This document shows, one piece after another, positions 36,480 to 43,604 of a stretch of DNA of 64,000 bases. The stretch covers positions 4,183,198 through 4,247,197 of the forward strand of contig OY969786.1 in the NCBI GenBank assembly GCA_963703075.1, written 5' to 3'. Numbering within the stretch: position 1 is the first letter of the stretch; every line of letters begins with the position of its first letter. This DNA comes from an uncultured Acidobacteriaceae bacterium. Its GTDB lineage: Bacteria > Acidobacteriota > Terriglobia > Terriglobales > Acidobacteriaceae. Made by a program: the position numbers and the translations under genes. The notes below the pieces were generated by a model. That model ran no database searches. It saw nothing but the letters and a program-made list of their open reading frames with translations, and was not told the DNA's origin.

Positions 36480-37920
36480 ATGGATATCAATCTACTCACA
36501 ATCGACGCCACTCGTATCGCCATCCAGCAGCGGCAGACGACCGCGACCGCGATCGCCGAGGCGTTTTACAAGAAGATCGAAGCCGAGGATGGCGAAATCC
36601 ACGCCTACCTTACCCTCAGTCGAGACCGCGCCCTCGAGCAGGCCCGCAAGATCGATACCCTCGCCGACAAAGGTGAAGATCTGCCGCCCCTGGCCGGAGT
36701 GCCGGTGGCGATCAAGGATGTGATCTCGACCAAGGGCGTGCGCACCACCGCCGGCTCGAAGATACTCGAGAATTTCGTTGCCCCGTACGACGCCACCGTG
36801 GTGCAGAAGCTCGAAGCTGCCGGCGCTGTCATCCTGGGAAAAACCAACTGCGACGAGTTCGCCATGGGCTCGTCGAACGAGAACTCTGCCTATGGCCCGG
36901 TCCACAATCCCCGCGACAAAACCCGCGTCCCCGGTGGCTCTTCCGGAGGTTCGGCGGCCGTCATCGCGGCGGGCACTGCGGTCACTTCACTCGGCTCCGA
37001 TACCGGCGGCTCCATTCGCCAGCCGGCATCCTTCTGCGGCGTGGTGGGCTTGATGCCTACCTACGGGCGCGTTTCGCGGTACGGGCTGATTGCCTTCGCC
37101 TCTTCGCTCGACCACATCGGTCCGTTCGCGAAGGACGTCAAGGACGCGGCCATCATGCTCGAAGTCATTGCCGGGCGCGATCCGATGGACTCCACCTCGG
37201 CGGAGGTCCCAGTCGCTAAGTATTCCGACGAAATCGGCCAGCCTGTGCGCGGGATGAAGATCGGTGTTGCCAAGGAATATTTTGGCGAAGGCCTCGATCC
37301 GGAAGTGAAATCTTCCGTCGAAGCTTCCATTCAGAATTTGGCGAAGGCCGGCGCGGAGATCGTGGAAGTCTCCCTGCCGCACACAAAGTATGCGATACCG
37401 ACCTACTACCTCGTCGCCACCGCCGAAGCTTCCTCGAACCTGGCGCGTTACGACGGGGTGCGCTATTCGCACCGGCTCCAGCCACGCAAAAACGCTGTCC
37501 GAGATGTACCGCAAGAGTCGCGACGAAGGGTTCGGCGCCGAGGTCAAGCGTCGCATCATTCTCGGAACCTACGCCCTGAGCGCCGGTTATTACGACGCTT
37601 ACTACCTGAAAGCGCAGAAGGTCCGCACCCTGCTTGCCCAGGATTTCGACCAGGCCTTCGCCCAAGTCGACGCGATCGTCACCCCGACCACCCCGACGCC
37701 CGCATTTAAACTTGGTGAAAAGGCCGACGATCCTCTTGCCATGTATCTTGCCGACATCTATACCGTTACCGCGGACCTGGTCGGCATCCCGGGCGTTTCT
37801 GTCCCTTGCGGCGTATCGAAGCAGGGGCTCCCCATCGGCTTGCAGGTCTTCGCGCGACACTTCCAGGAAGGCACGATGATCCGCGTCGCCCACGCCGTTG
37901 AGCACGCGTTGGCGGTTTAA
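36480..37920 (+). CDS. gatA: Asp/Glu-tRNA amidotransferase subunit A, reading frame broken by an apparent 1-nt insertion near 37476
   Basis: Amidase signature [14 protein letters not shown]...[12 protein letters not shown]. Frame 1 reads ...[13 protein letters not shown], then shifts. Frame 2 continues [43 protein letters not shown]...VAHAVEHA, with the same spacing as the B. subtilis GatA sequence recalled from memory. The two pieces are ORFs 36480..37709 and 37390..37920. Confidence 0.85.
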
Positions 37921-38066
37921 GCGGCTTTCCGCAGTTCAGCTTACAGGCTCTCCGGTCCAGAGTTGCACACGGGCAACGGGAATCCCGCGAATCGGTTCAA
38001 ACGCGGCAGGCTAAATGCACATCCAATGTTTCTAGACCAGGCCAGTTAAGGTCTGAGGGAGTTTCG

Positions 38067-38600
38067 ATGGCCGATCCACTTCGCGAAGATGCGCTTCATT
38101 CGAACGAACCACTGCCGAATTCCATTTTGGAAGACCCAAGCGTAGAAGCTTTGCTGCCCGGAGTTCCTCCTCGCAAGGAGCTGCCCAGCGACTCTGGAAA
38201 TCCGCGATTGAACCGCACCGCGGAGACCATCGGGTCGGCGCTGGGCGCAACCGTCGGCAAACTGCGTTCGGGCATGACGGTGGTGCAGAGCCGCACCGAG
38301 GAAACGGCACGCGACGTATCGGATACGATCTCCGAACGCGCCCAGAGTCTCTCCGCCGCTGCCCTGGAACAGGCGGAGCACCTCGGCGACATCGCGGAAG
38401 AAAAAGCCTCCGAGCTCCTGGATAAAGCGCAGGAGCAGTGGCAAGCCCTTCGCGAAACCGCCCAGCAGGGTCTGACGGAAGCTCGCAAGCAGGTTGCGGT
38501 TGCCCGCGAGGAGCGTCCCGTCGAGCTGATTTTAGGCATTGCCGCGCTGTCCTTTGTCGCCGGCTTTGCACTCCATGTGTGGAGATCGAGCAATGATTAA
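38067..38600 (+). CDS. DUF883/ElaB-YqjD-like C-tail-anchored stress protein
   Basis: Helical Ala/Glu/Gln-rich body with a single C-terminal TM, ELILGIAALSFVAGFALHVW. First gene of a three-gene overlapping set. Confidence 0.6.
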   Translation: MADPLREDALHSNEPLPNSILEDPSVEALLPGVPPRKELPSDSGNPRLNRTAETIGSALGATVGKLRSGMTVVQSRTEETARDVSDTISERAQSLSAAALEQAEHLGDIAEEKASELLDKAQEQWQALRETAQQGLTEARKQVAVAREERPVELILGIAALSFVAGFALHVWRSSND

Positions 38601-39033
38601 CGACGTGCACACCGCCAACGGAAAAAACCTCACCGACGTCCTTCACGATTTTAAAAACGAGTTCATCACCTTCGCGGAAACGCGTCTTCAACTGTTGCAG
38701 CAGGAGATGCGGGAAAAGACGGCAGCCATCAAAGCGGCCCTTCCGACGGTCGTGATCGGATTGGTGTTCCTTCTGACGGCTTGGTTCCTCATCACCGCAG
38801 CCATCGTGACGGTGGTAGCAACCTTGGTCGCCGGCGCCATGCCCGGAAGCCCGTGGATTTACCCCATCGCCTTCGGCGCGGTCGCGGTTCTCTACCTGCT
38901 GATCGGTGGCATCCTTGCCGCGGTAGGCAGTAAGGCACTCTCCAAGCAGGGACTCAGGCCGGAGAAGACGATTCGCGTCCTGCAGGAAGATAAGCTCTGG
39001 TTGCAATCCGAATCCTCGAGGATCCAAGCATGA
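38593..39033 (+). CDS. YqjE-like / holin-X-family small membrane protein (DUF1469-like)
   Basis: MINDVHT... with two long TM segments (LPTVVIGLVFLLTAWFLITAAIV; IAFGAVAVLYLLIGGILAAV). 8-nt overlap with the upstream gene. GGAG RBS. Confidence 0.55.
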   Translation: MINDVHTANGKNLTDVLHDFKNEFITFAETRLQLLQQEMREKTAAIKAALPTVVIGLVFLLTAWFLITAAIVTVVATLVAGAMPGSPWIYPIAFGAVAVLYLLIGGILAAVGSKALSKQGLRPEKTIRVLQEDKLWLQSESSRIQA

Positions 39034-39266
39034 CCAACGGCGGCGTACCTCTCGACATCCTGGAACAGCGTGCGGCAGAACAGCGCAAGAGAATTCACCA
39101 GTCGGTCGATGACCTGAAGCAGCTCAAGACTTCAGTCACCGAAAACGTTCGTGAAAAACTGGACGTCAAGCGCCAGGCGCGGGAACATTTCTGGCCCGCC
39201 GCCGGAGTCGCAGGCCTGGTGGCGGTCGTATTCGGGTATGCGCTGGCAGGCATTTTTGTGGACTAA
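39030..39266 (+). CDS. Small C-tail-anchored membrane protein (YqjK position)
   Basis: 78 aa. ATGA overlap. Helical N-terminus plus C-terminal TM AAGVAGLVAVVFGYALAGIF. Confidence 0.55.
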   Translation: MTNGGVPLDILEQRAAEQRKRIHQSVDDLKQLKTSVTENVREKLDVKRQAREHFWPAAGVAGLVAVVFGYALAGIFVD

Positions 39267-39416
39267 CCGGGAACTCTGCGAGGCTGGCCCCAGACCACGT
39301 GTCAGCCTCGCAAACACCTCCGATGCTTCCTGAAACTCACCTTCCGTGATATAAACCCTCATCAGTGGTCATATTCATAGTGTCAATTCTGAGTTTCTCG
39401 ACCCGGAGGAGGTTCC

Positions 39417-39731
39417 GTGTCTGAGGTTCGAACGGGAAAACGGTTCGAGGTTCATCTCCCGATCAAAGTTCATGCTTCCGAATCGGCGGAGCTGCACGAA
39501 GGCGAAACCGATAATCTGAGCGCGGCAGGCGTGTACCTGTCGCTGGACTCTTCTTTGGAAGTCGGCTCTTCGGTGGAGTTCGATATCACCATGCCAGCCG
39601 CTGTCATTGGATCCGAAAAAGATGTTCGCATTCACTGTAACGGCCGCGTCGTTCGCACGGAAGCTCCCAAAGAGGGAGAGAAGAACAGCGGTGTAGCGTG
39701 TGTGATCGATCGGTACGAGTTCATTCGCTGA
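39417..39731 (+). CDS. PilZ-domain protein
   Basis: GTG start after GGAGGAGG. RTGKRFEV ... DNLSAAGVYL fits the PilZ RxxxR / D.S.GG pattern; 104 aa. Confidence 0.65.
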   Translation: MSEVRTGKRFEVHLPIKVHASESAELHEGETDNLSAAGVYLSLDSSLEVGSSVEFDITMPAAVIGSEKDVRIHCNGRVVRTEAPKEGEKNSGVACVIDRYEFIR

Positions 39732-39743
39732 GCGGATGGGGAA

Positions 39744-40400
39744 ATGCTAAAAATCCTTTTAGCCGATAATCAGGCAATTTTCCGGGCGGGCATCGCCAAG
39801 GTGCTCGCAGTGGAAGACGATCTGCGCGTTGTGGCCCAGGCCCAATCGGTAGAACAAATGATGATGGCGCTCGACAAGTTTCGCGCCTCCGTCATGATCT
39901 TCTCGGCCAGCTTCCTGCCTGATCTTCCTTCGGTCGTGCAAGCTGCAACCCGCTGTAAGACGGGCCTGATCGTGGTCGCCGAGAACGGTGAAAACGCTTC
40001 GAAATACCTGAATGCCGGCGTGCGCGGCGTGGTTTACCGCAATGTCAGCGGCGACATGCTCGTGGAGTGCGTCCGCAAGGTATCGCGCGGAGATCGTTTC
40101 ACCCAGGAAACCAAGCCCGCCGCCAGCACTCCGGAAAGCGACGATTTCGTCGGCGCCCGGGTCCGCGACCGCCTCACTCCCAAGGAACTGCGCATTGTCG
40201 CCCTCATCGTCCAAGGCTACAAGAACAAGGAAATCGCGCTGCAATTGGGAACCACCGAGCAGGTCATCAAGAACTACCTGCGCAATGTCTACGACAAGAT
40301 CGGCGTCTCCGATCGCCTTGAGCTTGCGCTCTTCACGATCCATCACCACATCCTGGCGGAAGCCGCGGCCGCGACCACCGAAGGCAAGATTCTCCAGTAA
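39744..40400 (+). CDS. LuxR/NarL-type regulator with atypical (pseudo-)receiver domain
   Basis: C-terminal HTH LTPKELRIVALIVQGYKNKEIALQLGTTEQVIKNYLRNVYDKIGVSDRLEL. Receiver-like N-terminus with ADNQ in place of DD, Ser where the phospho-Asp is expected (SVMIFSASFLP), and Arg in place of the conserved Lys. Confidence 0.8.
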   Translation: MLKILLADNQAIFRAGIAKVLAVEDDLRVVAQAQSVEQMMMALDKFRASVMIFSASFLPDLPSVVQAATRCKTGLIVVAENGENASKYLNAGVRGVVYRNVSGDMLVECVRKVSRGDRFTQETKPAASTPESDDFVGARVRDRLTPKELRIVALIVQGYKNKEIALQLGTTEQVIKNYLRNVYDKIGVSDRLELALFTIHHHILAEAAAATTEGKILQ

Positions 40401-40412
40401 TCGCATCCATGC

Positions 40413-40442
40413 AAAAAGGCCCGCCACCCGGCGGGCCTTTTT
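40413..40442. terminator. Bidirectional Rho-independent terminator between convergent genes
   Basis: AAAAA-GGCCCGCC-ACCC-GGCGGGCC-TTTTT. Confidence 0.85.
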
Positions 40443-40455
40443 CATTCTTGCGCGA

Positions 40456-40830
40456 CTACGCTGAGCGTTCGCTCCGCTCGCTGGTCTTCAGCAACTCGTT
40501 CACGATCGTGACCAGTTCCTCTGGGTTCACCGGTTTTTCCAGGTAGAGATCGGCCAGGGGTTCAGCGGCCTGGAACGCTTCCGCCACGTATCCCGAAACA
40601 ACCACTACCGGCATGCTGGAGTGAGACTTGGCAGCTTGCACAATGGCACGGCCGTTGGCATCCCCCAGCCGCCAGTCCGTGACCACCGCATCGTACTCGT
40701 TGGTTTTCAGCTTCTCGATGGCATCGTGGGCCGAGCTTGAAGGTGTGACCGTGTGTCCTGCAGCTTCCAAAATGGCGCACTTGAGCGTTACCACGTGGGG
40801 CTCATCATCGATACACAAAATTCTCGCCAT
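40456..40830 (-). CDS. Single-domain response regulator (CheY-like)
   Basis: MARILCIDDEPHV...DAVVTDWRLGDANG...MPVVVVSG...YLEKP. ATG at 40830. Confidence 0.85.
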   Translation of the reverse strand: MARILCIDDEPHVVTLKCAILEAAGHTVTPSSSAHDAIEKLKTNEYDAVVTDWRLGDANGRAIVQAAKSHSSMPVVVVSGYVAEAFQAAEPLADLYLEKPVNPEELVTIVNELLKTSERSERSA

Positions 40831-40970
40831 GGCGTCCTTTGAGCAGGATGGGCGTCTCGCAGCCAGGAATGCGTACACCAGGCAGCAACAATCTGCGCCT
40901 TATTCTTCTGTACTTGACCAGAGTTGTCAATTCCAGCGCGATTTCAGCTCTCAATGACACGAAAGGGAAG

Positions 40971-41001
40971 GACCTTACGACCTTCCCTTTCCGAAATCGC
41001 G
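40971..41001 (-). terminator. Stem-loop downstream of pruA
   Basis: GAAAGGGAAGG-ACCTTACGA-CCTTCCCTTTC, an 11-bp perfect stem 11 nt after the pruA stop. Confidence 0.6.
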
Positions 41002-41011
41002 CTGTAAGACC

Positions 41012-42607
41012 TTACCGGACGATCTTCTCTGCAATCGACTTCGCTTGCGTAAACAGCAGCAGGTAATCCGGACCACCCGCCTTCGAATCAGTACCCGACA
41101 TATTGAAACCGCCGAACGGATGTGCGCCTACCATCGCTCCCGTGCACTTGCGGTTCAAGTACAGATTGCCTACAAAGTATTCACGTGCCGCGTAGTCAAG
41201 CTTGTCCTGCGATTCGGTGTACACCGCGCCCGTCAATCCGAACTCGGTGTTGTTCGCAATCCGCACGCCTTCTTCAAAGTCGCGGCACTTGATGATCGCC
41301 AGCACCGGCCCGAAAATCTCTTCCTGCGCAATCGTCGCCGTCGGCGCAACGTCCGCAATGATCGTCGGCTTGATGAAGTAGCCTTCGCCGGCATCCTCGT
41401 CGCGCACGCCGCCGGTAATGACCCGGCCACCCTCCTGCACCGCCTTATCGACGTACCCGAGAATCTTGTTCATCGACGCTTCGTTGATCACCGGGCCCAT
41501 GCCGGGATTCTTCGTTGTGTCCCCGACCGTGATCTTCTCCACCCGTTCCTTCAACGAAGTAATGAAACGGTCGTAGATCCGCTCATCGACAATCGCCCGC
41601 GAGCATGCTGAACACTTCTGCCCGCTGAACCCGAAGGCCGCCTGCGCCACGCCTTCCACCGCCGCATCGAAGTCTGCATCGGAATCGACCACGATCGAAT
41701 CCTTGCCGCCCATCTCCAGGATGGTGCGTTTGATCCAGATCTGGCCGGGCTGCGTCTTCGCTGCATGCTCATGAATGTCGAGGCCGACTTCTTTCGACCC
41801 GGTAAACGCGATATAACGCGTCTTCGGATGATTCACTACGTTGCCGCCAAAGCTGCGTCCACTGCCGGTGCAGAAGTTGACCACGCCGTCGGGCAAGCCC
41901 GCCTCTTCCAGCAGTTCCATGAACTTCGCCGCAATCGTCGGCGAATCGCTCGAGGGCTTCAGCACCACCGTGTTGCCGCAGACAATCGAGGCCACCGTCA
42001 TCCCCGCCATAATCGCGCAAGGGAAGTTCCACGGCGGAATCACCGCGCCCACGCCCAGGGGAATGTACTTGAGGTTGTCGCGCTCGCCCGGCAATTGCAC
42101 CGGCGTCTTGGCCTGTGCAAGGCGCAGCGATTCAAGAGCGTAGAAGTAACAGAAATCGATTGTCTCGGCGACATCGGCATCGGCTTCTACCCAGTTCTTG
42201 CCAACCTCGAAGACCATCCATGCCGAGAATTCAAATTTCCGCTCCTGCAACAGGTTCGCGGTGCGGAACAGAACATTCGCCCGCTCTTCCAGCGGCGTCC
42301 GGCTCCAGCTCTCAAACGCCTTCAGCGCCGCCTGCACCGCCGGTTCCACCTCGGCCGCCCCCGCTTCCTGGAACACCCCCACCACCTGCGACGGGTTGGA
42401 GGGATTCGTCGAATGAATCTTGCTCGCCAGCTTGATCCGCTTGCCGCCAATGATCAGGTCGTATTCGCGTCCGAGCTCGCCGCGCACCTTCTCGATGGCG
42501 GCGCGCATTTTGCGAGCGTTGTCATCGCGTGAGAAATCGGTCAGCGGCTCGTTGGTGAAAGTCTTCGGAATGCGCGCTTCCATGCGGCTCGACAGGGTGG
42601 TAGCCAT
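41012..42607 (-). CDS. pruA: L-glutamate gamma-semialdehyde (1-pyrroline-5-carboxylate) dehydrogenase
   Basis: Aldehyde dehydrogenase motifs FTGSKEVG, LEMGGKDS and FGFSGQKCSACSR. An N-terminus of the FTNEPLTDFS type is typical of P5C dehydrogenases; 531 aa. Confidence 0.8.
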   Translation of the reverse strand: MATTLSSRMEARIPKTFTNEPLTDFSRDDNARKMRAAIEKVRGELGREYDLIIGGKRIKLASKIHSTNPSNPSQVVGVFQEAGAAEVEPAVQAALKAFESWSRTPLEERANVLFRTANLLQERKFEFSAWMVFEVGKNWVEADADVAETIDFCYFYALESLRLAQAKTPVQLPGERDNLKYIPLGVGAVIPPWNFPCAIMAGMTVASIVCGNTVVLKPSSDSPTIAAKFMELLEEAGLPDGVVNFCTGSGRSFGGNVVNHPKTRYIAFTGSKEVGLDIHEHAAKTQPGQIWIKRTILEMGGKDSIVVDSDADFDAAVEGVAQAAFGFSGQKCSACSRAIVDERIYDRFITSLKERVEKITVGDTTKNPGMGPVINEASMNKILGYVDKAVQEGGRVITGGVRDEDAGEGYFIKPTIIADVAPTATIAQEEIFGPVLAIIKCRDFEEGVRIANNTEFGLTGAVYTESQDKLDYAAREYFVGNLYLNRKCTGAMVGAHPFGGFNMSGTDSKAGGPDYLLLFTQAKSIAEKIVR

Positions 42608-42796
42608 AAGTGCAAATCCTCCCGGCAGCCCCCAGTTCCGGACCGGAGCAGCCGTGCAAACTCTTCATTTTACCACTCTAGTTTGGACGCCAGATTTGTG
42701 CAGAAGACGCATGCATTTGCCTTCAGTCCGCTCTTTGGAGTCGAGGACGCGAACCATTTCCTCGCCTATCCTTGTTACCATGGTACATTGGTACAC

Positions 42797-43060
42797 ATGA
42801 GCGAAGCCCAACCCAGAATCGAGGTCGAACGCGTTCAAACCGGTGTACGCATGGAAAAACGGCTGCTGAAAGTTCTGAAAGCCCTGGCGGAGTTGAAGGA
42901 CATGAGTCTTGGCGATCTGCTCGAGGGCGTCGTGCTCCATGCCTTTGAAGGCAAAACGCCCTTTGCTCCAGCGACCCTGGAGCAGATCGAGCAGTTGAAG
43001 AAACTCTACGGTTCGACTTTGCGCGCTTCCGATAGCCACAAATTGAAGGAGCGAAGATGA
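42797..43060 (+). CDS. Putative ribbon-helix-helix (CopG/Arc-like) small DNA-binding protein
   Basis: 87 aa. TGVRMEKRLLKVLKALAELKDMSLGDLLEGVV has a strand-helix-helix pattern. Preceded by the palindrome TACCATGGTA and a TGGTACA direct repeat. No SD sequence. Confidence 0.45.
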   Translation: MSEAQPRIEVERVQTGVRMEKRLLKVLKALAELKDMSLGDLLEGVVLHAFEGKTPFAPATLEQIEQLKKLYGSTLRASDSHKLKERR

Positions 43061-43602
43061 GAACGGCCCTATTCGTTCTCGCCCTTACCATGGTCCCGCT
43101 CCACTCTCCTGCCGCGCAATCGACGACGCCTGCGCACTCGGCCTCTGCCAATGAGAACGCGCACGTGGTCAGTAATTTTCGTTTCGAAGTGACGGCCCCC
43201 ATGGCAAAGGTCGCGCCATTATTTGCTCCGGAAGCAGAACGGCGTTGGGCCGGCGAAAACTGGAAGCCTGTCTTCCTCTATCCACAGCCGGGGGACGATG
43301 TGCAGGGCGCAGTCTGGACGATCCAGCATGGGACGCTGCAGACCGTGTGGGTGAACACCATCTTCGACGTGCCGGGCGGCCGCATGCAGTATGTGGCAAT
43401 GGTCAGCGGTCAACTGGTCACCGTCGTCGATGTACAGGTGACGGCGCTGACTCCGTCCCGCACCGCCGTCTCGGTCACCTACACGCGGACGGCCCTCGAT
43501 TCTGCCGCGAACGAGCATGTACGTGCGCTGGGCGAAAAAGATCGCGGAAGTGGCCCCGAGTGGCAGCAAGGAATTCAAACGGCACTTGGGTTGGGAAAGT
43601 AA
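43057..43602 (+). CDS. Secreted SRPBCC (START/polyketide-cyclase-like) superfamily protein
   Basis: ATGA overlap with the upstream gene. Signal peptide MRTALFVLALTMVPLHSPAAQ. The fold assignment is tentative. Confidence 0.45.
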   Translation: MRTALFVLALTMVPLHSPAAQSTTPAHSASANENAHVVSNFRFEVTAPMAKVAPLFAPEAERRWAGENWKPVFLYPQPGDDVQGAVWTIQHGTLQTVWVNTIFDVPGGRMQYVAMVSGQLVTVVDVQVTALTPSRTAVSVTYTRTALDSAANEHVRALGEKDRGSGPEWQQGIQTALGLGK

Positions 43603-43604
43603 AT

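Noticed and set aside
37465-37485. Programmed ribosomal frameshift in gatA
   Set aside because: There is no slippery heptamer, no upstream SD-like stimulator at the right spacing and no obvious downstream structure. A simple 1-nt indel explains the junction.
38032-39027. 331-aa minus-strand ORF
   Set aside because: It is antisense to the overlapping yqjD/yqjE-like genes, which show RBSs, start-stop overlaps and sensible TM topology.
38593-39033. Holin-family-like membrane protein as a sign of a prophage
   Set aside because: There are no terminase, capsid, tail, integrase or lysin genes anywhere in the window. The context matches the chromosomal yqjDEK-type operon.
39424-39436. GGTTCGAAC resembling a tRNA T-arm
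   Set aside because: It lies inside the PilZ ORF just after its start. No acceptor stem, D-arm or anticodon arm can be built around it.
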